DNA of 64,000 bases, taken from NCBI GenBank assembly GCA_965287045.1, contig OZ336878.1, positions 97,030,001-97,094,000 of the forward strand, read 5' to 3'. This stretch comes from Carcharhinus amblyrhynchos (Eukaryota). The notes under the pieces were generated by a model. The model was not told the DNA's origin. It saw only the letters and a list, made by a program, of their open reading frames with translations, and did not search any database. The number at the start of each line of letters is the position of its first letter. The first letter of the stretch is position 1. Made by a program: the position numbers and the translations under genes. Shown piece after piece: positions 1 to 12,070 of this stretch.

Positions 1-3000
1 CACCTCAAAACAGTGTACAAAACCAAGAACATTAAGGCCAAATGTTCTTGATGTGGTAAGTATGGGGAGTTCCACTCTATTGCCTGCCACTACCCGAAAT
101 GTCAGGGTGAGGGTCGATCCTTGATAGTTGGGCAATATCAGTGCAGTGCTTGTGAGTTGGCCTTCACAACAGAGAATGGACTCAGCCAACACGAGAGACA
201 CGGTCATCCAGTTCTTCACAATGAGAAACGCGCGAAGAAAGCACTGCCTAAAACCACAACCAAATGGGGTAAAAACATGAGTGTATGGTCCGAGGAGGAG
301 GAATCACTCCTCAAAGAGCTTGAAAAGAGATTTGCTGGTGCCTGGTTTATAAATAAAGAGATTGCCAGTATTTTAACATCTAAAACTGGCAAGCAAATCT
401 CAGATAAGCGCAGGTTGCTTGCAATTGCATGCAAAACAGCAAACACTGCAACACGGGCAGATGTTGATGTACATCCGGATTCCGAGCAAGAACAGGAACC
501 GGAAGAGGCAGATGTCGGGAGCCCAGCCCCGCATGTAAGTATCGCTGGTAAACCTCCGGACCGAGTCCCTAAGTATAGGGACGTGGATGAACACCTGATC
601 CAGGTGGAGGAGCTCCTGAATGCAAGGAATGATCCCGACAAACATGTCTTAGCAGTGGGTATAGTCGAGAGCATCACTGACCTTCTGATGGACGATGAGA
701 CAAACAGGCAAAGAAAGAACGGTCTGACGGCAAAGGTACCTAAGAAAGGCACTCGGAAGGTAAGGCACGAGGTCAACAGCGGAGCCAGAAAGTGATGGGC
801 AAAACAGAAATCCGTTTTCAGAGCAACTCAGCTGCTCTAGAAGAACAACAGGCGCCAGCTGGCCCGTCAAATCACGGGCATGCCGTCACAAATCACTTGT
901 CCACTATCCATAACTGAACTGGAGGCAAGCTTTTGGGAGAAACTCTCCAGCCAGAACAATAAGGCAAATATAAGCAAAAACACACCATACAGCGGGCAAA
1001 CGGATAAGGGTGAGTTGATGAAGCCGATCACCACAGAAGAGGTTATCCAAGCCATCTAGGGTACTAAGGAGGCAAGTGCACCTGGACCAGATGGTCAAAA
1101 GTTGGAAGACATCCGAGACATCCATGAGGCATATGAGACCCGTATATCTCGCCTCTTCACTCTGTGGTTGGCCTCGAGAACAATCCCGAACTGTATGAAA
1201 CAGAGTTGGACAGTCCTTATCCCAAAGTGCCAGGATAAGGAACGGCTGAAAAGCATTGACAACTGGTGTCCAAATACGATCGGCCCAATGCTGCTACTAC
1301 GCCTCTTTGCCAAGATCACGGCGAAGAGACTGAGTGAGATAGTCGAAATAAACCCATGGCAGAAAGGGTTTTTAGCAGCAACTCCCGGATGCAACGAGAA
1401 CTTCGCAGTGTTGCAAAACATCATGAAGGGAACTAAGAAAAATCACAAGGACCTGGCCATTGTTTTTGTGGACCTGGCAAAAGCGTTCGACTCGGTGGGG
1501 CACAAGCTGGTCATCAGGTCATTACAAAGAACAAAGCTACCAAACGCCTTTGTAGAGCTTATTCAGGACCTCTGCACTGGCAACACAACGGTGGTCGAGG
1601 GCACAAAGTCCAAGACCGCCCCAGTAAACATTGAGAGGGGTGTCAAGCAGGGAGACCCGCTCTCTCCAATATTATTCAACATTCAAATGGATCCACTGAT
1701 ATGTAGTCTCGAAGAGGCGAGATCTGGTGTCAGCATGACGCTAGATGGAGCAAGAGTCAACTGCTCAGCCCTTGCATTTGCGGATGACATTGCCCTGCTT
1801 AGTGATTCATACGTCGGGATGACCCGTAACCTGAAGATTCTCCAGTCTTTTTGCGACTCGACAGGTCTGGCTGTCAGCACCAGCAAGACCAAAGGCTTCC
1901 ACTTTACCTGTAAGAGGAAGACCTTCATATACAATCAATGCAAGAACTGGCAGATTCGGAAGGAAGATATTGCATACATCCCCCCAGGAGAGGCTGAGAA
2001 ATGCCTGGGAGCCCAGATGGATCCATGGGCTGGCGTAGAAGAAGGTGCATGGGAAGAGAGACTGAAGGCCTGGATTTCCAGCTTACAGGCAACAGCTCTT
2101 CGGCTGAGGCAACGAGTAGAGCTGTTTACAGTCCATGTCATTCCGAGGCTATATTTTCATTTGATCCTGTCAGAAGCGTCTCAGAATATCCTTATTAAAC
2201 TGGACCAACTGATCCGTAATGCTGTCAAGCAGTTCATGCACCTTCTACCCCATACAACATATGGCATCCTCTATTCACGGGTTCGGAATGGAGGTTTGGA
2301 AATTCCCAAGCTGGAGATCCAAATACCATCTGCAGTGATCTGAAAATGGGAGTCGCTGTCTGCCTCCAATGACTGAGTCATTCACGCCTCTTTCCAGTTC
2401 TTTGAACAGAACATTGACGAGAGCATCAAAGAACTGCGGTCTCAAGGCATTGAGAGAGATCGAGGACTTCATGCCAACGAATGAAGAGAGCAGCAATGAT
2501 GAAACGGAGTCATTGAACATGATCAGAGCCGCATTACCAACACTCGATGCGGAGGAGGCAGGTCCCAAGAAACCAGTGAACAATTATGCAGGGTGGAGGG
2601 AATGGGAGTTCTGCAAGTGGAGGCAGCTACCCTCTCGAGGCATCGGAATGCACTACTATAATAATGACAAAATTTCAAACAGTTGGATTAAGGCTGCATA
2701 CCAGCTGAAATCACATTGCTTCCTTAATAACTTGCTACTCAGGTGCAATCTGTATCCCACAAGGGTGACCCTGTCAAGAGGGAATCCCTTCACCACTAAA
2801 ACCTGCCGAAGGTGTGAAGCGGGTTTAGAAACTCTGAGTCACATTTCTGGCCGTTGCCCGTTTGTTAAGAACTGCCAGATTAAACGCCACAATAAGATCC
2901 TGGAACAGCTGCGCAACTACGTTGGAAAATACGGCTGGACATCCTACCTTGAACCATGAATTATCACCAAAGATGATTATCACCAAAGGCTCCCTTTGGA

Positions 3001-3327
3001 AGCCAGACATCGTCTTCAAGAGGGAGAAAGACCAAAGGGTTGCAGCGTTGGATGTGACGGTTCGGTTCGAAGACAATTGCAGCAGTCTGGAGAAGGCGTG
3101 GCAGGAAAAGTGCCAGAAGTACCAACACCTCGGACCGGAGGTTGAAAAACTGACTGAATGCCAGAATCCCCAGTTCAGTTGTTGGCGCCTGGCGTAAGTG
3201 GCTGGAAAAGAACAACAGCCTCATGACCTTCCTGGGAATAAAGTGATTCCAATCATTCGCCCAACAAATTTCAAGGCTCACTTTGTCGCTTACGTTGGAG
3301 CTACTGGGGATCTTCAACGACAGGTGA
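1..3327 (+). pseudogene. Disrupted single R2 ORF (ZnF-Myb-RT-CCHC-RLE)
   Basis: In-frame stops at 49, 793, 838, 1057 and 2341. Frameshifts near 2400-2440, ~2960-2990 (tandem duplication of ATTATCACCAAAG) and ~3175. Ends VVGAWRKW...LELLGIFNDR* at 3327. Confidence 0.9.
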
Positions 3328-3624
3328 GAGGTGACTGAGACCATTAGACAAGCTGGCCACTTGTCAGACCATTGGGCTTATAGCCCGCCAGGAGGCCATA
3401 TGAACTTATATGGTGGACTCTTTGTTAATTGTTTGTATTGTCTGTGTATGTCAATTTTTATTCTTTGATGACACCTATTCCATCTACAGGTGCTACAGTC
3501 CACCTTGTTGACCAACAAGGGACGTGCACTCGGTGGGTCGTGGTTGGATGGCTCTTGGGTGTTGATTCGAGAGGTGCCCAGTCCGTCACATCCGTTAGCG
3601 TATGCTAATTATGGACTGGTCAAT

Positions 3625-3831
3625 GGGCAACACGTCACCTCAGTGGTTAGCACTGCGTGCTGGGCAGTTACAGAGGTCCAGGACGGATTTCTGACTTGGG
3701 TTAATGTCTGTGGGAGTTTGCACATTCTCCCCGTGTTTGCGTGGGTTTTCCCCGGCACTCCGTTTTTCTCCCACATCCGAAAAACGTGCTTGTTAGGCTG
3801 ATTGGCGACAATAAATCGTCCTGTAATTGGA
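3625..3831 (+). mobile_element. V-SINE (HE1-like) inside the R2 3' UTR
   Basis: tRNA-like head (CAGTGGTTAGCACTG) and V-domain (TGTGGGAGTTTGCACATTCTCCCCGTGTTTGCGTGGGTTTT...CTCCCACATCCGAAAAACGTGC...GTTAGG). Confidence 0.8.
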
Positions 3832-6070
3832 TTCCCCTTAATTCGGCATGAACGTAATCCTCTAAATTTCCACCCTCGTCATTATGAGGGTTCTTGTGCA
3901 CTCGGTACCGACAACCTGGCCCATCAGTAGGCCCCTATTAGATCTGGAATGACTCTAGACGGCTAGTTATACTATCTCTAGCTTCGACAACAGCTCACGT
4001 TCCTCAATCAAGATCAGTGGGCCCTTGACTGTGGTTCCGCTAGAGGTAGTCAAAACCGTCGACGAGCGACGTAAAGACTCGAACAAGGCACTCATTGAGT
4101 GTATTAAAGTAAGCCTGACAGGGAAGGTTATGGGAAAATGCATTTTATGGTAAATATCATGCTGGAGTTAGCGGAAATGAAAGAGAAATAAAATGTGATG
4201 TCAATATTCCCTCTTATTGATGTTATCGAACAACTTTGTTTCCATTCTTGATCATTTATCCCACATAAGAGAGCTCCATATATCTTCTCTCACACATTTC
4301 AATGTTTGCTTTTCAGAAAAAATCACACGGCCAACCGCCGCGATCATTCTGAAGGCTCTCGGCTTGACGCCAAACACCTCTTAAATCTCTAATTTTTCGT
4401 CATTATGTTTATTGTTTTATTTATCCGCCATTCAATTCACTTGCACTTCTCAACACGCAAGATGAGTTTCGACCATGCTCGATCATGAAACCATCCAGCT
4501 TTCAGCCGATCGCTCATGAACCCCAGCTGCCAACTTCTGAGTGCCATAGACCATCTGTTATGCAAATTAATGCTGATAGGCAAAGTTCTGGGAAATACAT
4601 TTTACGGTTGATGTCATGCGGAAGTTGGGAGAAATAGTAGAACATTTATTGGATAATATTGATACTGTTTCTTTCCGATGTTATGTTTCATCTAGGTAAT
4701 GATCGTTTTCTTGTTTTCATTATGTTCCACGTGCTGAAAAAAATCCTTCAATCTAAAAACATGGCAGCGTTCGGATTACGCATAATATCCCGCAGAATTA
4801 CTAAACTGAAATGCTGGAATGTTGTGTATGCTACCACACGACGCACATCTTCTTAAAGATGTGTTCCTGTCAAATTCTGAACTAAATCTAGTTCAGAGAG
4901 AAAAAAAAAATCACATAGAGATTGAAGACCGGAGGCAAAATCAACCACATGAAATAGTTCGCAAAGCAAACGTCACTTAGTGGATAGGTAAACTTAAATA
5001 GATTAATGGACCAGAGTTATTTTGCACTTCTTTTTCTCTTCTACGTCTTCATTTATTTATGAGTAGAATTTCAAAACGGCTCAAGGCGCCCACTGGTAGC
5101 GAGCAAGAGAGCATTAAACACAGCGTCTGACAAAAACAACATGCAGCATTAAATGAGAAATATGTTATTGTAATGCAGGTTTTTCGCTAACAGGAAAAAT
5201 GATAATTCTTTCCGCGACTCAAGAAAATGCAATTTGAAAATATTCACCTTTAGCCGAAGAAAGACTTTAATGTTCTTCCTGGAGGCCCGACACCTCTGAC
5301 TGACCAGCACGCACCTGAACAGGTAAGATGTCCATGGAGCAGGTTCGACCTTGTTCAACTTTCCAGTTTTCACCTAACCACTCATGAATCCTTCTGACGG
5401 CTAAACACCGCCCATTTTGCAATCATAACGCAAGTGTTCACTCCGCAATACTACAAATGCAAAATTATGTGGATAGTGCAAATCTGAACTGAAAACAGAG
5501 AGCTTCGAGAAACATTAGACACGAAACAACAGCTCGGCTTCTGTCAGATTTTCCCAGAACATTAATGTGGTTTCGGCACTTTTACCTTTACGTCCGTTCG
5601 CACTGACTGCATGAATATGTTACCAGTAAATTGATGTAATCGGCAGTGCATCAAGGCACTTCCAGAATTTTGCCGATCAGTCACAAAGATTGAGATCATT
5701 CTCTCCCAGTAATTTGAAAACACAGACCTCAATCGCTGCGAAAGGCCCCGGGTAGCCCCAGGAGCAGAGATGGTAGCCAGCAATCTCCATGATGTTAGTG
5801 AAAGTGTGAAATGATGCATCGTCACAGGAAATTGAGGTTGAATAGAACTAGCGAACTTCAGGAGATCTGTAATTGTGGAAAGTGACAAGAGAAGCGTTTG
5901 ATTTCTGGAGCATCAGAGTGACTTTTAAGGGCAATAGTTATGAAGGAAATATATATATGACTGAACGTTTCACCATCAATGCATGTTTCCGTCACACAAA
6001 GATTCTCCTCTGCTTTTGTTTTGTATTGTTTGAGCATGAGCTGCAGAGAGACAAACATTTAAAAAGCTAT

Positions 6071-6140
6071 TTTCCCGATTCCATTTGAACAACGGCTGCT
6101 GCGGCTGCAACGCAGATTCCTAATCATTCTGCGACTGCAG
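6071..6140 (-). pseudogene. Highly degenerate tRNA-His copy
   Basis: Partial match (GCTGCGGCTGCAACGCAGA) at the array position following the conserved GAGCATGAGCxGCAG flank. Confidence 0.55.
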
Positions 6141-6599
6141 TGTCAGCAATGGCATGGTACACGCGCTGGCTGTCTGAATAAAGCCATATGTCCACCCAGC
6201 CCAGCAACTCAAGGATAACATTCTCCTTATCAGCCAGTCATCACAATGGAATCCGTTCAGCTTTCCAAACGTTGGCTGTTCACTGACCATTTGTTTTGCT
6301 ATGACCATTCGGATTGGAGGTCATTTTATAACACTCCACAAAGCTTTGAGAATTGTTTTGTACTCCCACCATGATCTGTTTAGTGCATATTCCAGATGCG
6401 GGGTATTTCCTATTCATTGCTTTTCGACCTCAGTGCACATAATTGTGTGGAGGACAGATGTGTTTTACAATCATTTGCTTTGTCGACGTCACAAGAATGT
6501 GAGGATGTAATGGAAAGTATGATTACTTCACTCTTTCCATTTTGGCATTTCCGCCATGTGACTCACCAACTTTACAGATGCACATACTAAGTATTCATT

Positions 6600-7040
6600 C
6601 TGGTCTTATCACAGCTTGGTATAGCTTCGGCTCTGTCCAAGATGATTGTGAACGAAGCCCAGTTCATCACAGAAACCATCTTCGTATCCATTGATTCTGT
6701 CTACACTTTCTGCTGCCCCGAAAAAAAAGACAGAATAATCAAGACCCCACGTACCCTGGACATACCCTCTTCCACCATCTTCCGTCGGGAAATAGAAAGA
6801 AAAATCTGAGTCATGTATCAACTGATCTAAGAACAGCCCATTCTCTGTTGCCAGCAGACTTTTGAATGGACCTATCTCGTATTCAGTGTTTTTTTTTCTC
6901 TACACCCTCGCGATGACTTTAACGCTACATTCTGCAAACTTTCCTTCCCTCCTTTGGCAACATGCTTTTTCAATATGGCGCGCAAGATACAGTAGTTTTC
7001 ACGATCTACTAATACATGTGGCAATAGTAAACCATTCAAA
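6600..7040 (+). mobile_element. Rex1/Babar-like LINE 3' remnant (paralogues ~22820-23280 and ~44230-44560)
   Basis: Degenerate C-terminal coding (ACAGCTTGGTAT..., AAGGACCCCAC, AAGAACAGCTTCTT) plus a 3' UTR-like tail; recognised by family resemblance only. Confidence 0.5.
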
Positions 7041-7155
7041 TCAAGTCAAGGAGATCAGTGAAAGGGAACGGGGAATACCTGGGACAAGGGGCCGCCTTCA
7101 ATGCTGGCGCATCAGATATATTTAAGGGCGATAGATGTAGAAGGATTTTAGAGGG

Positions 7156-7432
7156 GGGCGGCTGGTGGTACAATTATTAGCGGGGTTGTTATGGACCCGG
7201 GTTCGAATCCTTGTTTGAGTCACTGTGTTTACTGAAACTGCACGTTCTCCCCGACTCTGAGTTCATTTCTTCCCGCTGTTGCTCCCCACAAGTGCGAAAG
7301 AGCAAGGGTAAGAATTATGCCCATGCATAGTTCTTCCTCAGTGCACCCGCACAGGCGCCAGAGTAGGGCGATTCAGGGCTGTTAACTGTAAATTCATTGC
7401 AGTGTCAATGTAAGCCTTATTGTGACATTAAT
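7156..7432 (+). mobile_element. Old V-SINE (related copies ~11323-11530, ~25500-25700, ~28918-29200, ~31001-31257)
   Basis: GACCCGGGTTCGAATCC B-box, CTGCACGTTCTCCCC V-domain, tail TTCATTGCAGTGTCAATGTAAGCC. Confidence 0.65.
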
Positions 7433-7549
7433 GCATAAACATCATCCGTTATGTGACTTACTGAGCGTTTTGCCACCAGAACATGGCTCCTCCTGCAAAC
7501 GATTCTCCTCTGAAAATTCAAACGACCTGAACAAATTCAAACGAACCTA

Positions 7550-7619
7550 GTCATGGTTTACATGCGATCCGAGGTTATTACGGGCACAACGCAGATTTCT
7601 AACACTACACGGTCACAGC
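7550..7619 (-). pseudogene. Degenerate tRNA-His copy
   Basis: CCGAGGTT...CACAACGCAGA...ACACTACACGGTCACAGC matches the reverse complement of tRNA-His with many substitutions. Confidence 0.7.
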
Positions 7620-7870
7620 GTTCCACATGACTGATGTGGTGTTGTGTGCCCGAGTAAAGCCGTACGTCCAACAAGTCCTGCAGTGAAGGACACAATTCTC
7701 GCTTCCGGCTAAGTTAACACAGATGACTAGATTCAGCTTTCAATCCGTTGGTTGCTGACTGAAAATCTGTCATACTAATGATCCGTTCAGATGCAACTCA
7801 TTTTCTACCTTGTCACTCATCCTTCCAGAATTGTTCAGTACATCCATCATATTCTGTCAAATGCGCATGT

Positions 7871-9681
7871 GAACGTTGGACCCTTAGAGGATGAGAGGGG
7901 GGACTTAGTGGTAGGGGGTGGGGAAATGGCTGAGGTCTTGAATAACTTTTTTGTTTCGGTCTTCACGGAGGAGGACGTGAATAATTTGCCGGGTGTTAGC
8001 GATGGAAAGGTGGTAGCACTGGAGGGTCTCAATGTCATTATTGTTACTAGAGAGGCGGTGCTCGACAGACTGGAGGGACTGATTGTGGACAAGTCCCCAG
8101 GACCGGATGGAATGCATCCGAGGGTTCTGAAAGAAATGGCGGAGGTGATAATGGATGCCTTGGTGGTTATTTTCCAAACGTCGCTGGATTCCGGGAAGTG
8201 CGGGAAGATTGGAAAACGGCTAATATTACGCCGTTGTTTAAGAAGGGTGGCAGGCAAAAGGCAGGGAATTATAGACTGGTTAGTTTAATGTCTGTTGTAG
8301 GTAAAATGTTAGAATCCGTCATCAAGGAGGAAATAGCGAGGCACCTTGAGGGGAATTGCTTGATAGAGCAGACGTAGCACGGTTTCGTTAAGGGGAAGTC
8401 GTGTCTGACAAATTTACTGGAGTTCTATGAGGATGTGTCTAGGGCGGTGGATAGAGGAGAGCCGGTGGATGTGGTCCTTCTTGATTTTCAGAAGTCGTTG
8501 GAGAAGGTACCTCACAAGAGGTTATTGCAGAAGGTAAGGGGGCATGGAGTTGGGGGTAGGGTGTTAGCGTGGATAGAGGATTGGTTGTCAAATAGGAGGC
8601 AGAGAATGGGGGTTAATGGGTGCTATTCGGATTGGTGGGTGGTGACTAGTAGAGTGCCCCAGGGGTCGGTGCTGGGGCCTCAGCTATTTACCATTTATAT
8701 CGATGATCTGGAGGAGGGAACCGAGTGTATGGTGTCGAAATTTGCTGATGACACCAAGATTGGTAGAACGGCAAATTGCGCGGAGGGTGTGGAGAGTCTG
8801 CAGAAGGATCTAGATAGGCTGGACGAACGGGCCAGGAACTGGCAAATGGAATTTAATGTTGGCAAGTGTGAGGTGGTCCACTTTGGTAGGAAGAATGGTA
8901 GGAAGGACTATTACTTATGGGGCGAAAAACTGCAGCAGGCGACGGTGCAGAGGGACCTCGGGGTCCTTGTGCATGAGTCACAAAAACCCAGCCTGCAGGT
9001 GCAGCAGGTGGTCAGGAAGGCTAATGGGATGCTGGCCTTCATAGCGAGGGGGATTTAATATAAAAGTAGGGAGGTCTTGCTGCAGCTGTATAGGGCATTG
9101 GTGAGGCCGCAGCTGGAGTACTGTGTGCAGCTTTGGTCGCCGCACTTACACAAGGATATTTTGGCCTTGGAGGGAGTGCAGAGGAGGTTTACTAGGCTGA
9201 TACCGGAGTTGAGGGGGTTGAGCTATGAGGAGAGGTTGAATAAACTAGGCTTGTACTCGTTAGAGTTTCGAAGAATGAGGGGAGATCTCATTGAGACGTA
9301 TAAGATGATGAATGGGATGGATAGGATAGAGGTGGGGAGACTCTTCCCGCTCAGAAAGGACAGTAGGACTAGAGGGCACAGCCTCAAGATAAAGGGGGGG
9401 CGGTTTAGAACGGAGTTGAGGAGGAACTTCTTCACTCAAAGGGTGGTGAATCTCTGGAATTCTCTGCCCGTTGAAGTGGTGGAGGCTGCCTCGCTAAATA
9501 TTTTTAAGACGCGGGTTGATGGATTTTTGATAAGCGAGGGGATTAAGGGTTATGGGGAGAGGGCGGGAATATGGAACTGAGCCACGACAGATCAGCCATG
9601 ATCTTATTGAATGGCGGGGCAGGCTCGAAGGGCTAGATGGCCTACTCCTGCTCCTATTTCTTATGTTCTTATGTTCTCATG
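7871..9681 (+). mobile_element. CR1/HER1-type LINE, 5'-truncated, disrupted RT
   Basis: ORF fragments KSPGPDGMHPRVLKE, VPQGSVLGP, KFADDTK, RRMRGDLIE and a (TTCTTATG)n tail. Absent from the paralogous spacer at ~23775. Confidence 0.95.
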
Positions 9682-11998
9682 AAACATGACAGTTTTCCTT
9701 GTCATTGCCTGCCGTCCCCAAGACATCGAAATGAGTGGAATGAGAAAGGTATTTTGCTATCTTTTGTCTTGGCGGTGCAATGAAAATCACGGGTAAGATT
9801 CGAATACCCATACCCAACGCACCGTCAGAATCACCCAGCTTCATTTGGACGAACTAAATAAATACCGTGGACGTTTGATATCTGATCGAAAAAAAAACTC
9901 CTGAGGCAGACTAAAGATCAGACAGCAATTTCAAAATAGGAACAGATTTTAAGATGACCTGATCAGGAAGTTAACTGCCGCCAAAACCAGCGTGTCTTTG
10001 TTTTCATGAGGGACGCAGGTTAGGACTTGTCTGTGATCTTAACAGCAACTGAAAACGTCACCAATCGCCATATCATTCAACGCACATCCAGTTCTCAAAT
10101 TCAACACTGGTCTGAAAAAGAGAGGGAGACAGAAAGCAGGGAACAATATGTCGCTTAGACTAAAGTCTGTCAAAGGAAAACTATTCGCAATCATGATTTA
10201 GAGGTGTTATGGCAGGTCAATTGAGAAAGTTCAAATCTATGGGCTCTTTGTGGAGTGGAAAACATGTTTGACCAATTTGTTTACATATATTTGCTGTGAA
10301 TTAATGAAAGCTGTTGGATGCACGGTACTTCAAGTTCCAAAAGCCTTTTGGTATCGCACTACATCGAAGCTTGTTGCTGAAAATACGAGCAAATTGCGTA
10401 GAGGGGTAACATATTAGTCTGGTTTGAAGATCCTACAAGAACGAACTTAGGAGAATTTCTGTCACTCAGGACCTTCATTCTCTGAAACTCGTTTGCTCAA
10501 TACACAGTGGAAGCAAAATCTTTGAATATAAGAGAGGTGGAGCTGGTAACATTCTCCATTAAGGACGGGCTGAAAGTTTAGCGCGGGTAAGCCATGATTG
10601 TGGCGATGAAGTTAAAATCAAATCCGCCATGACCTGAGTGAAAGTCGAAACGGTGTCGAGGATCCGGATGGCCTGTTATTGCTCCTAATTCGTATATTTG
10701 TTTGCAATCAAACAGTTTAGTAACATCAAATCATCCCCTCTGGTCATCCTGTTAATTCACTGCAACACAGTTATAGAATCCGAGAACTCTCTTGCATTTA
10801 TGCCATTATACTTCTGCAACTGTGTTGTGTGTTAACTGTTCTGGAGAATTAATTTTACAATCAGCTTATTGTAATAATAATGAACAAATGTGTAAGATAT
10901 AGAAAGGGCATTGTAATCGCCGCTCTTAAATCTTGAAGCTTTTGTTCCATGTTGTCTCGAGTGTTGCCATGAGAAAAACCGTGGGAGAAAAAAAACTTTT
11001 TTTTTCCCCCTTGGAAAGGTGAATTTTTATTTGTTCTGCTGGAGATAGCGAGGTGCGTTTGAATACTGGAGCATGAAAGAAATGTAAGCACGTTATACAT
11101 AATAGAATTGTATGTGCGACTGACTGAGCCATGTTTTGCCATCAAAGCACGTTTCCTCCCGCAAATGATTCTCGTCTGCGAATATTTTAGTTTACTGCGT
11201 TGTTTAAGCATGAGCCGCAGGAACCGAATGTTCAAAAGGGAGACCATCTGGAACAGGAGGCACCCGTGAATTCTGGAGCATCAGAGACATGGAACTGCGC
11301 TAGATATAGAAGAATGTTACAGGGGGTGGCACGGTGGCGTTATCCTTAGCAAAGCTGCCAGAGATCTGGATTCGATTCCTGGCTTAGGTCATTATATGCA
11401 CCAAGTCTTCACGTTCTTCCTGCGCGTTTCCTCACAAGTCCGACAGACATGTTAGATAGATGCGTTGGCCGTGTGAAATTCTTGCTCAATGGACTCGAAA
11501 ATACCTCACAGTGGGACGACTAGGGGATTTCATAGAAATCTAGAAGATAGGAGGAACAGGAGGCCATTCCATCCTTCGATCCTGCTCCGTCATTCATGGT
11601 GGATCGTCCAAACCAATTGTGTAATCTTGTTTTTTCTTCATAACTTTTGATCTCATTCGGCCCAAGTGCTATATCCAGCCGTCTCTTGAATACAGTTAAT
11701 GTTTTAGCAATATGAGGTCATGAATTCCACTCTTTATGTGAACATATGTCTTCTCGCCTCCGTCCTAAATGGTCCATCCTGAAGCCTTCCGTGTGACCCA
11801 TGGTTCTGGACTCCCTTATTACGCAGGAACTTTATAGCAGTGCTAATGTGAGCCTACGCGAATAATACATTTTATGCAGCTGATTGAATAGTTTGCCATC
11901 AAAACACGGTTCCTCCCGTAAACGATTCTCCTCCGCGAAGTAATTCTTCTATGCATTGGTTGAGCATGAACCGCAGAAAGCGAACTGTTTAAAACTAT

Positions 11999-12070
11999 CA
12001 CCATGACTGGGACGCGAATCGAGGTTGTTGCCCCTATAACGTAGAGTACCAACCACCAGTCGACCACCGC
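11999..12070 (-). pseudogene. Degenerate tRNA-His copy
   Basis: CCATGACTGGGACGCGAATCGAGGTTGTTG...AACGTAGAGTACCAACCAC. Confidence 0.7.

Larger units (their letters stand above)
1..4108 (+). mobile_element. R2 non-LTR retrotransposon (clade A, RLE-type), decayed copy; 5' end lies outside the window
   Basis: Frame 1 from base 1 reads HLKTVYKTKNIKAKCS*CGKYGEFHSIACHYPKC (CCHC finger), then YQCSACELAFTTENGLSQHERHGHP (CCHH finger) and a Myb domain WSEEEESLL...INKEIASILTSKTGKQISDKRRLL. RT motifs: QKGF, DLAKAFDSVGH, GVKQGDPLSPILFN, LAFADD. C-terminal CRRC..ETLSHISGRC, KRHN, WKPDIV, LDVTVRFE, K..KY endonuclease. Element ends ...GTATTAAA at 4108, where array spacer sequence resumes. Confidence 0.93.
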
